Source: Bacteroidales bacterium
GTDB taxonomy: Bacteria > Bacteroidota > Bacteroidia > Bacteroidales > WCHB1-69
Reading direction: 5' to 3'
Assembly: GCA_024400635.1 (NCBI GenBank)
Contig: JAKSMI010000001.1
Location: 113,468 to 177,467 of the forward strand
DNA length: 64,000 bases
The position numbers and the translations under genes were made by a program. Below, one piece after another: positions 10,100 to 22,301 of the stretch. Within the stretch, counting starts at the first letter, position 1; each line of letters starts with the position of its first letter. The notes beneath the pieces are model-generated. The model had not been told where the DNA came from. It ran no database searches and worked only from the letters and a program-made list of their open reading frames with translations.

Positions 10100-12832
10100 T
10101 TGCGAAAAAACTTATACACAATCAATTTTTCATATTTATTATGTTGCTGCATTATGCTAATAGTCAACATAATAGACAATTGTGTATATGGACAGGTCGT
10201 TGACAGTATAGACATAAGGAACCAATTGGTAATTTCTTATGACACCCTCATTGATTTTTCCTCAATTTCCGCAAAAGATACAATTTCCATTGACAGTTTA
10301 TCCATTTCCGACAGTTCTCACAGCGAAAACATCCCTCAAAAAAAACGCATTTCGGAGAATGGGTTGGAGCACATCGTGACCTATAATGCAAAAGACTCCA
10401 TCCATTTCAGCATAAAGAACAAGGTTGCCTATCTTTTCAATGAAGCGATAGTCGTGTATGAGGATATGAGTTTGTATGCCAACTACATAGAAATTGACTT
10501 TGCGCACAACGAGTTATACGCAAGTGGCGTTTTGGATGAAAACGGGAACATCACGGGCAGTCCTGTATTGAAACAAGGCGATGGCACCTATCGGGCGCAG
10601 GAAATCAAGTACAATTTCGAGACCAAAAAAGGTAAAATCACGCACGTAATCACCGAAGAAGGCGAAGGGTTCATTCATGGGCAGCAAATCAAAAAGCTGG
10701 AAGACAACACCACCTATATCAAGCAGGGCAAATACACCACTTGCGAATTAGACCACCCGCATTTCGAAATTGCATTTACCAAAGCGAAAGTTTTACCCAA
10801 CGATAAAATCATCATGGGGCCGGCGTATGTCAAGTTTGCGGATGTGCCAACGCCATTAGCAGTTCCCTTCGGCTATTTTCCGCTTGAGAAGGGTCGCCAC
10901 TCTGGATTAATCATGCCCACCTTCGGCGAGACGCAAGCTTTGGGTTTCTACTTGCAAAACATTGGTTATTACTTCGGCATCAGCGACAACTTCGACCTGC
11001 TCCTTGCCGGCGACATCTACACCCGCGGCAGTTGGGCAGTCAAAGCCGAATCCAATTATGTCTTCAGATACAAATGTTCTGGTAAGATTAGAGCAGAATA
11101 CGGCCAAAAATACATTGGGGAAAAGCTCATCGACTCCACCTACTACCACACCAACGACTTCAAAATCTACTGGGACCACAAACAGGATTCCAAATCACAC
11201 CCCTACACTCGTTTTTCCGCACATATTGACATCGTGAGCAGCAACTACAACAAGTATAATCTTTCAAGTATGAATGATTACCTGTCTAACCAATACTCAT
11301 CTTCCATCAACTTTTCAACCAGTGCGAAAGGGATTTTCTACATCGACGCAGCCATTTCCTACTCTCAAAACACAAACACAAAACTTGTAGACCTGAAACT
11401 CCCGTCCTTAAACATGTCCGTCACGCAATTCTACCCATTCCGAAAGAAGAACAAAGCGGGCGCACTGAAATGGTACGACAACATCTCCATGAAATGGTCT
11501 TCGTCACTGACTTCCCAAGTGAATGCACAGGATTCAATGTTTTTCAAACCCAAGACTTGGGAAGAGATGTCTGTGGGCATCAAGCACAACATTCCCATTA
11601 CCATTCCTATCAAAATTGCCAAGTTAATCAACTGGAACACGAACATCAACTTCAACGAGATATGGTATCTGCAGCGCAATGAACAAATATTCCGCACCGA
11701 CACGGTCAACAACTATGCCGTTGGAGCGACTGAAAATGTTTTTCAACGTGGATTTTATGCGCTACATGATCTCAGCCTCAGCACTGGACTGACTACGAAA
11801 ATCTATTTCATGTATCAATTTAAGAAAGGCGGTCTGAATGCCATCCGGCACGTCATCACACCCACTTTGAATATTACTTACCGGCCCAATATCAATAAAA
11901 ACACACAAGGCACCTATTTCAACACAATTACCGGACAAGAGGTCAGCTATTCCTACTTTTCCAATTCGATGTACGGAACGCCAAGCGGGAAAACACAAGC
12001 ATTGGCCCAACTGAACTTCAACAACAACATTGAAATCAAGGTACGCTCAAGAAGAGATACGATTACTGGCATGAAGAAAATCGCGATTTTCGACAACCTT
12101 AACATTTCGATGGGCTACGATTTCGCTGCGGACTCCTTGCGTTGGCAACCCTTAAGAATTTCTGGGCGAAGCACTATTTGGAGACAACTCAATATTACTT
12201 TCAGCTTGGCTTTTGATCCTTATATTATTAACAGTAAAGGCGTAAGGGTCAATCAGACTGAATTGAAGGTAAATAAAAGACTGCTCCGTTTCTCGAATTC
12301 CAATATCAACATCGGTTTGAATCTTGTCATCAACAGAGACTTGTTCAAGGGCAAACAAAAGGAAGACAAGAGTACAACCGAGCAAGCCAAAAACAGCGAA
12401 TCCGTACTGGACCAAAACTTGCAAGGCATACCTAATACGCGACCCGACTTCGACAATCCATGGTCTCTGACCATCAACTACACCTTTGCATACACCACAA
12501 GCGATAATTACGGCTACTACATTGTCTATTCCCGTCCAGACAACAGCAAACCCTACACGCACAAATTTGTACAAACGCTGAATCTGGTCGGCGAATTCAG
12601 CATTACCAAGAAGTGGAAAGTCGGATTCACCACCGGTTACGATTTTGTACAAAAAGAGATGTCTTATACCTCCATCGACATCTACCGAGACCTGCACTGC
12701 TGGGAAATGCGGTTCAACTGGATACCATTCGGCTACCGCAAGGGCTGGAGTTTCACCATCAATATCAAAGCTTCCGTATTGCATGATGTTAAATACAAGA
12801 TGGAAAAAGACTTCCGAGATAATCTTTACTAA
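10100..12832 (+). CDS. LptD/OstA-like LPS-assembly outer-membrane protein
   Basis: 910-aa ORF of Bacteroidota LptD-like size, divergent from the amidase gene. It has an OstA-like N-terminal region and a beta-barrel-like C-terminus. The start is uncertain: TTG at 10100 or ATG at 10154. Confidence 0.7.
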   Translation: MRKNLYTINFSYLLCCCIMLIVNIIDNCVYGQVVDSIDIRNQLVISYDTLIDFSSISAKDTISIDSLSISDSSHSENIPQKKRISENGLEHIVTYNAKDSIHFSIKNKVAYLFNEAIVVYEDMSLYANYIEIDFAHNELYASGVLDENGNITGSPVLKQGDGTYRAQEIKYNFETKKGKITHVITEEGEGFIHGQQIKKLEDNTTYIKQGKYTTCELDHPHFEIAFTKAKVLPNDKIIMGPAYVKFADVPTPLAVPFGYFPLEKGRHSGLIMPTFGETQALGFYLQNIGYYFGISDNFDLLLAGDIYTRGSWAVKAESNYVFRYKCSGKIRAEYGQKYIGEKLIDSTYYHTNDFKIYWDHKQDSKSHPYTRFSAHIDIVSSNYNKYNLSSMNDYLSNQYSSSINFSTSAKGIFYIDAAISYSQNTNTKLVDLKLPSLNMSVTQFYPFRKKNKAGALKWYDNISMKWSSSLTSQVNAQDSMFFKPKTWEEMSVGIKHNIPITIPIKIAKLINWNTNINFNEIWYLQRNEQIFRTDTVNNYAVGATENVFQRGFYALHDLSLSTGLTTKIYFMYQFKKGGLNAIRHVITPTLNITYRPNINKNTQGTYFNTITGQEVSYSYFSNSMYGTPSGKTQALAQLNFNNNIEIKVRSRRDTITGMKKIAIFDNLNISMGYDFAADSLRWQPLRISGRSTIWRQLNITFSLAFDPYIINSKGVRVNQTELKVNKRLLRFSNSNINIGLNLVINRDLFKGKQKEDKSTTEQAKNSESVLDQNLQGIPNTRPDFDNPWSLTINYTFAYTTSDNYGYYIVYSRPDNSKPYTHKFVQTLNLVGEFSITKKWKVGFTTGYDFVQKEMSYTSIDIYRDLHCWEMRFNWIPFGYRKGWSFTINIKASVLHDVKYKMEKDFRDNLY

Positions 12833-12888
12833 AAATCAAAAAAATCATTTCTGACCCAAGATTTTTATAAGGACATACGTTATAAGCA

Positions 12889-13443
12889 ATGGATAAGTTG
12901 AACGAAACAGAGGTTTTGCAGTTGATTAAAGACTGTGTGCGAGGCAGCAGAAAGGCCCAGCATAAATTGTTCAAGACCTATTACGGCAGCTTGTTCACCG
13001 TTTGCATGCGTTATGCGCCTTGTCGTGAAGATGCTGAAGACATGTTGAACGAGGGCTTTGTCAAGATCTTCGCCGCACTGGAAAGTTACCAGCCGACGGG
13101 GTCATTCGAGGCCTGGCTGAGAACCATCATGGTCAACACCGCCCTCGACTACCTTCGAAAATATCGCCACGACAACGAAATGGTCAACTATGATGATGCA
13201 AACGACAACGTTCTTAAAAATTATGACGAAAACGAGGCTCTAGAGAAGATTTCCATTGACGAATTGATGGCCTTGATACAACGGCTGCCCACTATGAGTA
13301 GAACTGTTTTCAACCTATACGTGTTCGATGACATGCCACATGCCGAAATCGCCAAGCAGTTGAACATCAAGGAAGGGACTTCGCACTGGCACCTCAATTT
13401 CGCCCGAGCAAAACTAAAAGAAGCAATAGAAAAACAAAGATAA
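12889..13443 (+). CDS. RNA polymerase ECF-type sigma-70 factor
   Basis: 184 aa. Region 2 (FKTYYGSLFTVCMRYA...EDAEDMLNEGFVKIF) and region 4 HTH (MPHAEIAKQLNIKEGTSHWHLNFARAKL). Confidence 0.9.
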   Translation: MDKLNETEVLQLIKDCVRGSRKAQHKLFKTYYGSLFTVCMRYAPCREDAEDMLNEGFVKIFAALESYQPTGSFEAWLRTIMVNTALDYLRKYRHDNEMVNYDDANDNVLKNYDENEALEKISIDELMALIQRLPTMSRTVFNLYVFDDMPHAEIAKQLNIKEGTSHWHLNFARAKLKEAIEKQR

Positions 13444-13967
13444 TGAATCAGTTTGACGAAGAATTGAAACGGAAAATGGCAGGTAAAAGCTACGAATACA
13501 CACCGAAAGCGTGGTTTTCGTTTGTGCGCCACAGTGGCATGCCCATGTTGGGTATTGGAGCAAAAATTGCCTTTATTAGCGTTGGCATTGGTCTCAGCGG
13601 ATTGATAGCATTTTTCACATTGCGACCCACGACCGAAGAAATTCCGCCCACCACTTCCGAGAACGAAGTTGTTTTTCAAGAAGATGAAATCACGCCTGTC
13701 GTGGTTGATACCATATATAATATTGTAAAAGAAAAACAAGAAACTGTTCATCCCACGCAAACAGCTGTAAATATTCCCGCCAAAGCCAAAACTGATGAGG
13801 AAAATCCTGCTGAAGAAAACAAAATTGAAGCAACAGAAACCGCACCGTTCGCGAAAAAAATTACGAAAAGAGAATATTATGGTCGTCCACTGAACATCTT
13901 GGTGGATACGATTTCATCCAATGACTTCCCCGATGAGAAGCCAAGACCAGCCGACGAAATCTGGTAG
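13443..13967 (+). CDS. putative anti-sigma factor / membrane protein
   Basis: 174 aa. Its start overlaps the sigma-factor stop (TAATG). One TM segment (IAFISVGIGLSGLIAFF). Confidence 0.55.
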   Translation: MNQFDEELKRKMAGKSYEYTPKAWFSFVRHSGMPMLGIGAKIAFISVGIGLSGLIAFFTLRPTTEEIPPTTSENEVVFQEDEITPVVVDTIYNIVKEKQETVHPTQTAVNIPAKAKTDEENPAEENKIEATETAPFAKKITKREYYGRPLNILVDTISSNDFPDEKPRPADEIW

Positions 13968-14034
13968 TTTTGCAAGCAAAACTGCCGGTTAAAAAAATTT
14001 ATTTTCCGACCGCAATTTATCTGGAAAAAAATTG

Positions 14035-14042
14035 TATTTTTG
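14035..14042 (+). promoter_or_regulatory. candidate -7 box TAttTTTG for rpsU
   Basis: Lies inside the 23-nt string aaaaaaattgtatttttgccgcc, which is shared with the tRNA-Leu promoter at about 40230-40252. Confidence 0.5.
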
Positions 14043-14094
14043 CCGCCACAAAAAAAAACAATAGTATTAACTTTAAAAGAAAGAGGTATTTTTT

Positions 14095-14292
14095 ATGATC
14101 GTTGTTCCCGTTAAAGAAGGCGAAACCATCGAAAGAGCGCTGAAGAAATTAAAAAGGAAATTTGAAAAAACCGGTGTTGTTCGTGAATTGCGTGCAAGAC
14201 AAAAATTCACCAAACCCAGTGTTATCAAAAGGGAACAAAAGCTGAAAGCTATTTACGTTCAACAACTTCAATCAAAAGAAGCCGACAAATAG
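14095..14292 (+). CDS. rpsU: 30S ribosomal protein S21
   Basis: 65 aa: MIVVPVKEGETIERALKKLKRKFEKTGVVRELRARQ. Confidence 0.95.
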   Translation: MIVVPVKEGETIERALKKLKRKFEKTGVVRELRARQKFTKPSVIKREQKLKAIYVQQLQSKEADK

Positions 14293-14319
14293 CAGTAAGC
14301 TTTCGTAAAAATCAAAAAA

Positions 14320-14346
14320 GCAGATTCGTAAGAGTCTGCTTTTTTA
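14320..14346 (+). terminator. rho-independent terminator after rpsU
   Basis: gcagattc gtaa gagtctgc hairpin (one G-U pair) followed by tttttt. Confidence 0.7.
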
Positions 14347-14375
14347 TTGATAAAAGCTCCGCTTTAGATTTCTTT

Positions 14376-16561
<2,186 letters not shown>

Positions 16562-16562
16562 A

Positions 16563-17441
16563 TTATTGGAGTCCGCCGTTTAGCAAGCCGAGCAGATAAG
16601 CTCCATAACCACTTTTTAGTAAAGGCTGCGCAATTTCCTCTAATTTGGCAGCATCAATAAAGCCCTGGCGATAAGCCACTTCTTCAATGCAACCCACTTT
16701 AAGACCTTGACGGTCTTCCACTACTTGTACAAACTGAGTAGCATCAATCAACGATTTGAAAGTTCCTGTGTCGAGCCATGCGGTTCCGCGGTCCATTTTG
16801 CAGACTTTGAGTTTCCCTGCGGCGAGGTAGTATTTGTTGACATCGGTGATTTCGTATTCGCCGCGGGCACTGGGCTTGATATTCTTAGCCACTTCCACCA
16901 CTGTATTGTCGTAGAAATAAAGCCCTGGAACAGCGTAATTAGACTTCGGCTGCTTGGGTTTTTCCTCAATGGAGACCGCAATCATATTTTCATCAAATTC
17001 GACTACGCCATAGCGTTCAGGATCTGAAACGTGATAAGCAAAAATAACACCTCCATCAGGATCATTGTTTTCGGCGAGATGTTTTTCAAAGCCACCGCCA
17101 TAAAAAATATTGTCTCCCAATACCAAGGCAGCCTTATCGCCACCAATAAAGTCGGCACCAAGGACAAATGCCTGAGCAAGACCATTAGGCACTTCCTGAA
17201 CCACATAGTTGAAGTTACAGCCCAGACGAGAACCATCGCCCAAAAGACGCTCGAAATGTGGCAAATCATGCGGTGTCGAGATGATGAGAATATCTCGAAT
17301 TCCCGCTTGCATCAAGGTTGACAGTGGATAATAAATCATCGGCTTATCATAAATCGGCATCAGCTGTTTGCTCATTGCCAATGTAATGGGGTGCAAACGC
17401 GTTCCAGAACCACCCGCCAAAATTATACCTTTCATACTCAT
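16563..17441 (-). CDS. rfbA: glucose-1-phosphate thymidylyltransferase
   Basis: 292 aa: [18 protein letters not shown]...LGDNIFYG. Confidence 0.94.
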   Translation of the reverse strand: MSMKGIILAGGSGTRLHPITLAMSKQLMPIYDKPMIYYPLSTLMQAGIRDILIISTPHDLPHFERLLGDGSRLGCNFNYVVQEVPNGLAQAFVLGADFIGGDKAALVLGDNIFYGGGFEKHLAENNDPDGGVIFAYHVSDPERYGVVEFDENMIAVSIEEKPKQPKSNYAVPGLYFYDNTVVEVAKNIKPSARGEYEITDVNKYYLAAGKLKVCKMDRGTAWLDTGTFKSLIDATQFVQVVEDRQGLKVGCIEEVAYRQGFIDAAKLEEIAQPLLKSGYGAYLLGLLNGGLQ

Positions 17442-17468
17442 CTCTTATCTTTTACTAAACATATTTTA

Positions 17469-17777
17469 TTAAAAATCCAATCCTAATTCCACCTTGGCAG
17501 CTTCGCTCATCTTGTCAAAATCCCATGGAGGATCAAATGTCAGACGCAACGATACACCTTTGACACCTTCGATAGCAGAGACTTTCGTCTTAACTTCCAC
17601 AGGCAAAGATTCAGCGACTGGACAATTAGGAGCGGTCAGTGTCATCAAAATATAGACAATACCGTCGCCATCAATCTTGATATCATAAATGAAGCCCAAC
17701 TCCCAAATGTTCACTGGAATTTCCGGATCAAAAATGGTTGAAAGCACTTCTATTACTTGTTCTCTTGTGACATTCAT
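17469..17777 (-). CDS. DUF59 / SufT-like Fe-S cluster assembly protein
   Basis: 102 aa: DPEIPVNIWELGFIYDI...LTAPNCPVAE. Confidence 0.85.
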   Translation of the reverse strand: MNVTREQVIEVLSTIFDPEIPVNIWELGFIYDIKIDGDGIVYILMTLTAPNCPVAESLPVEVKTKVSAIEGVKGVSLRLTFDPPWDFDKMSEAAKVELGLDF

Positions 17778-17806
17778 TTTTTATAAGGAGCTATTATTAG
17801 ACAATT

Positions 17807-18748
17807 TTATTTTTCAGAAAGCAAAAAATCAAAATAATCAATGGTTTTTTTGAGGCCATCTTCAAGGGCTGTAAAAGGCTGCCAATGCAAGATTTCTTGC
17901 GCCCGCTGGATTACAGGTTGTCGTTGCTGAGGATCATCCATTACCGCAGGTTGATAACAAATCTTTGATTTTGAATCCGTCAAACGAATAATAATTTCCG
18001 CCAATTGCTTGATAGTAAATTCGGTAGGATTACCTATATTTATAGGACCCGTAATTTCGTCACCCGTATTCATCATCTTGACAAGAGCATCAATCATGTC
18101 GCCGCAGAAACAGAAACTTCGGGTTTGCAAGCCATTGCCATAGATGGTGATATCATTATTTTGCAAAGCTTGAACGATAAAATTAGAAATAACACGACCA
18201 TCATCAGGAAGCATGCGAGGACCGTAGGTGTTGAAAATGCGTACCACCTTGATTTTCACCTTATTCTGCCGATGATAATCAAAAAACAAAGTTTCAGCGC
18301 AGCGTTTACCTTCGTCGTAACATGAACGCGGACCAATGGGATTGACATTGCCCCAATAGCTTTCGGGTTGAGGGTGAACATGCGGGTCGCCATAAACTTC
18401 ACTTGTTGACGCCTGCAAGATTTTAGCACCTACCTTCTGAGCCAATTCCAACATATTTACGGCTCCGACTACAGAAGTATTAATGGTTTTAATAGGATCG
18501 AACTGGTAGTGTACTGGCGAAGCAGGACATGCCAGATTATAGATTTCATCCACCTCAATATCAACAGGTTCAGTAACATCATGTCGAAGAAGTTCAAAAT
18601 ACGGGTTGTTGAGCAAATGTAAGACATTACGTTTGCTACCCGTAAAATAATTGTCAAGACAAATCACCTCGTTGCCTTCCGCCAACAAACGCTCACACAA
18701 ATGCGACCCTAAAAAACCAGCACCACCGGTAACAAGTATCTTTTTCAT
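17807..18748 (-). CDS. UDP-glucuronate decarboxylase (UDP-xylose synthase-type SDR)
   Basis: 313 aa: [21 protein letters not shown] and YDEGKR catalytic motifs. Confidence 0.88.
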   Translation of the reverse strand: MKKILVTGGAGFLGSHLCERLLAEGNEVICLDNYFTGSKRNVLHLLNNPYFELLRHDVTEPVDIEVDEIYNLACPASPVHYQFDPIKTINTSVVGAVNMLELAQKVGAKILQASTSEVYGDPHVHPQPESYWGNVNPIGPRSCYDEGKRCAETLFFDYHRQNKVKIKVVRIFNTYGPRMLPDDGRVISNFIVQALQNNDITIYGNGLQTRSFCFCGDMIDALVKMMNTGDEITGPINIGNPTEFTIKQLAEIIIRLTDSKSKICYQPAVMDDPQQRQPVIQRAQEILHWQPFTALEDGLKKTIDYFDFLLSEK

Positions 18749-19395
18749 TTTATAGTTAAATCCTGCTTAATTAATCGGTCAAAATCAGCATTTTCAGCCA
18801 AAATATAATAGGAATTGGCATAATAGAGATAAAAATGATGATCGTAGCCTACAACACTTATCTTATCAATACTCAGACCTTTAATTTTCAACAAATTATG
18901 ATTAAATTGATATGAAATATGATTTTTGATAGGCGTATCCCATTGCTGAACATTGATAGAAGCAATTTCGCCTTCAGGAACTTTTATATCTTGAAAATCA
19001 GCATCTTTGTATTGAATTTTAAGAGATTTGGTAGCCAAAACCTTTTCAGTCACCACAACATAATCATCTTCTGGATTTTCACCATCATCAGCGAGAAAGA
19101 AATCTGCTTCATCATAATCAACTTGCTGATCATCGGAAGAAAGTGTATCGAGATTTTGAACTGTCTCTGAAGATTTTGTCTTTGATTTTTTTTCATCAAC
19201 GTAAACAAACTTCACGACGGTATCAGCAGTATGTTCCGGCTGATAGATGTGACGAATAGTCTGGGTAAAGGTTTTCGACTTATCGCGAAACATTTCGCTG
19301 ATGACGGAAAATGCGGCACAAATAATAAAACCCGCAATGAGACCTATTGCGAAAAAGAGCCACTTTTTCTCTCCATGTGTTTGATTTTCAGACAT
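18745..19395 (-). CDS. hypothetical membrane-anchored protein
   Basis: The ORF track starts at a TTG (19416). An ATG at 19395 (MSENQTH...) is more likely. One N-terminal TM segment. 4-nt overlap with the downstream gene. Confidence 0.5.
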   Translation of the reverse strand: MSENQTHGEKKWLFFAIGLIAGFIICAAFSVISEMFRDKSKTFTQTIRHIYQPEHTADTVVKFVYVDEKKSKTKSSETVQNLDTLSSDDQQVDYDEADFFLADDGENPEDDYVVVTEKVLATKSLKIQYKDADFQDIKVPEGEIASINVQQWDTPIKNHISYQFNHNLLKIKGLSIDKISVVGYDHHFYLYYANSYYILAENADFDRLIKQDLTIK

Positions 19396-19766
19396 TTGTA
19401 TATAAATATATAACAATGTAAATATTTGGCAAACTTACGTTTTTTTTAGTAATGAAAAACAGTTTATGAAAAAAATATTTGTCGAAATTTTTCTTTCTCA
19501 TTTCATTTTCAGATCAGCAGAAGAAAGAGTCAGAAAAAAATCTACGACATGGCATGTTTTCATCACATAACGACATGTTTCAAAGTATTATTTACCGATA
19601 AAAACACCACATTTGTTGAACGGGTATCAGCTTTCATTGAAATAAGAAAAACACATTATATTCTAATACATTAAATTATGTAAATTTGCAATCTTGTAAA
19701 AAAACGTGTTGTATTAACATAATTATTTATCAATCTGCAATATAAATAATAAAAACAACTATAAAA

Positions 19767-21104
19767 ATGACAAAAAAACAAATCGAATGTGCAATCCTTT
19801 TGCTGCTGGTAGTTTTTCTACCTTTGACTTGCAATCAGGCAAAAGCCCAACAACAAAAGGATTCCGTGCACGTAAACCTAAGTAAGGCCATCGAAATCGC
19901 CCTCAGCGAAAGTCCGACAATGCGTATTGCCAACCGCGACGTAAACATCAAGCAAGAGTACAAAAAAGAACAAATCGTATCGTTATTCCCCAATGTTTCG
20001 TTAACCGGCTCGTACCAATACACTCTATTGAAGCAGACAATGGCCATGTCGATGAACGGACAAGACCTGACGATGAAGGTCGGCAAGGACCACAACTACT
20101 CAGCCGGTGCCCAGCTGACACTGCCCGTCATTGCTCCGTCACTCTGGTCCAGTCTCAAATTGTCGCAGATGGACATTGAACTGGCAATGGAATCAGCCCG
20201 ATCTTCAAAAATCGAATTGGTAAACCAAGTTAAACAGGCCTACTTCACTTACCTTTTATCACAGCAAGCATACGAAGTGCTGAAACAAAGCTACAATAAC
20301 ACCAAGGAATCCAATGAATTAGTAACCAAACAATACAACCAAGGATTGGTTTCAGACTTCGAAAAATTGCGTTCAGACGTTGCGCTGCAAAATCTGCGTC
20401 CCGACGTCACCTCCGCAGCCAAGGTTATGAATCTGGCCTATATGCGCCTAAAAATCGTCCTCGGTCTCGACATCTTCGAACCCATTATTTTCGATGGTGA
20501 GCTCCAAGACTACGAACAGGAAATCTTGAACTCAAGCGTACCTGCCCTTTCAGAAATCAATTTCGACAACAACTCCACCATCAAACAAATGGACATGGGA
20601 ATTCAGGAATTGGAACAGACGAAAAAAGTCATCAAAGGTTCGACCTGTCCGGCCCTCTCCTTTACTGGAAACATTATGTATAGCGGCATGGGCGACAGCG
20701 GCGCCAAATTCACCAACTTCAGTTCTTCCGTTATTGGCTTAGGTTTGTCAGTGCCTATCGTTTCATGGGCTGCCACATCCTTCAAGTTGAAACAGACCAA
20801 TCTGAATATCGAAAACATGCAAGACCAACGTCTAGATGTTGAACGCAACCTCCGCCTCGGTGCGCAATCTTACCTCAACGACATGCAACAAGCCGTCGAA
20901 GACCTCGCTTCCGACAAAGAAACGATGATGCAAGCTGAAAAAGCCTACGATATAGCCCATAAGCAATACGAAATCGGCATGAACACTTGGCTCGACCTTA
21001 GTACCGCAGAATTGGCACTTACCAGTACTCGACTTACCTACTGCCAATCCCTGTTCAATTACCTCTCTGCGAAATCGTCGTTAGACGCAATACTTGGGGA
21101 CTGA
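19767..21104 (+). CDS. TolC-family outer-membrane efflux protein
   Basis: 445 aa. Signal peptide and two OEP-like repeats. First gene of the efflux operon. Confidence 0.88.
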   Translation: MTKKQIECAILLLLVVFLPLTCNQAKAQQQKDSVHVNLSKAIEIALSESPTMRIANRDVNIKQEYKKEQIVSLFPNVSLTGSYQYTLLKQTMAMSMNGQDLTMKVGKDHNYSAGAQLTLPVIAPSLWSSLKLSQMDIELAMESARSSKIELVNQVKQAYFTYLLSQQAYEVLKQSYNNTKESNELVTKQYNQGLVSDFEKLRSDVALQNLRPDVTSAAKVMNLAYMRLKIVLGLDIFEPIIFDGELQDYEQEILNSSVPALSEINFDNNSTIKQMDMGIQELEQTKKVIKGSTCPALSFTGNIMYSGMGDSGAKFTNFSSSVIGLGLSVPIVSWAATSFKLKQTNLNIENMQDQRLDVERNLRLGAQSYLNDMQQAVEDLASDKETMMQAEKAYDIAHKQYEIGMNTWLDLSTAELALTSTRLTYCQSLFNYLSAKSSLDAILGD

Positions 21105-21156
21105 GAGTTGAAAATAGAGAACTAATTTAGTGAGTTGTGAACTGTGAACTGTAAGC
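21105..21156. repeat. micro-repeat block gagttgaaaatagagaactaa ... gagttg gtgaact gtgaact
   Basis: Starts immediately after the TolC stop. gagttgaaaa-t-gagaactaa recurs at 39021-39042. The gtgaact 7-mer recurs at 43971-44005. Confidence 0.6.
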
Positions 21157-21260
21157 AATGTAAAAAACAAAGGCTGAAGTAAACAACTCCCTATCTTAGC
21201 TTCCCCGTTGTCAACAATTAAACATTTCAACAATTAAACAAATAAAAAAACATCATCATA

Positions 21261-22271
21261 ATGAAGAAGAATGTATTAATCGGATTAATGGGTTTGGCGG
21301 TAGTTTTTGCTGCCTGCTCGAACAAGAATGACGCTGAAAATCAAAACAGTGAAAAGTTCAAAATCAAGGTACAACAGGTTTCGACTCAGGAAGTTGAAGA
21401 GTTGAATGAATATACCGCCATCGTTCAGGCCGAGGCCGTCAACAACATTGCACCACTGACTGGTGGCCGCATCTCCAAAATCTACGTCGAAGTCGGTGAC
21501 CGCGTCAGTAAAGGCCAGTTGCTGGTTCAGATGGACGAAGCCAACTTAAAACAGACCAAAACACAACTTGACAATCTGGAAACCAGCTTCAAGCGTATTG
21601 ATGAATTGTACAAAGTGGGTGGTGTTTCAAAATCAGACTGGGATGCCATGAATACCAACCTCGAAGTTACTCGCACCGCATACCAGAATCTACTTGAAAA
21701 CACTCAGTTACTCAGCCCAATCAACGGAGTTGTTTCCATGAGAAACTACGATAGCGGAGACTTGTACGCTGGACAACCGGTGGTTCAGATTCAGCAGATC
21801 AATCCTGTAAAAATGCTCATCAATGTTTCAGAAATGCTGTTTACCAAAGTAAAAGTTGGCATGCCCGTTGACATCAAAATCGATGCTTTCGAAGGCGAAG
21901 AATTCCACGGAAAGATCAGCCTGATTTATCCTACCGTTGATGGTGTCACCCACACTTTCCCCGTGGAAGTTGAGTTGCAGAATGGCAACAGCAAAGTTCG
22001 TCCGGGTATGTACGCCCGCGTCACTGTAAACTTCGGCATGAACGACCACATTGTTGTTCCCGACGAAGCCATCTTCCGCCAGCAGGGATCTGGCAACCGC
22101 TATGTTTATGTTTATGACAATGGCCGTGTTTATTTCAAACAAGTTTTCTTGGGTCGCCACCTTGACAACAAATACGAATTGTTGAACACGGACATTCCTA
22201 ATGGAGCATTCCTTGCCACCACTGGTCTAACTCGTCTGAAAGACAGTCTCGAAGTTGAAATCGAAAAATAA
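21261..22271 (+). CDS. efflux RND periplasmic adaptor (MFP) subunit
   Basis: 336 aa. Lipoprotein signal (VFAACS) and biotinyl-lipoyl-like/hairpin regions. Confidence 0.88.
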   Translation: MKKNVLIGLMGLAVVFAACSNKNDAENQNSEKFKIKVQQVSTQEVEELNEYTAIVQAEAVNNIAPLTGGRISKIYVEVGDRVSKGQLLVQMDEANLKQTKTQLDNLETSFKRIDELYKVGGVSKSDWDAMNTNLEVTRTAYQNLLENTQLLSPINGVVSMRNYDSGDLYAGQPVVQIQQINPVKMLINVSEMLFTKVKVGMPVDIKIDAFEGEEFHGKISLIYPTVDGVTHTFPVEVELQNGNSKVRPGMYARVTVNFGMNDHIVVPDEAIFRQQGSGNRYVYVYDNGRVYFKQVFLGRHLDNKYELLNTDIPNGAFLATTGLTRLKDSLEVEIEK

Positions 22272-22301
22272 ATTATTCCGTAGCAGAAAAATAAGATAAT
22301 C

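Noticed and set aside
12152-12784. 210-aa minus-strand ORF inside the lptD-like gene
   Set aside because: Antisense shadow ORF with no motifs. The + strand ORF is continuous and has an OstA/LptD-like architecture.
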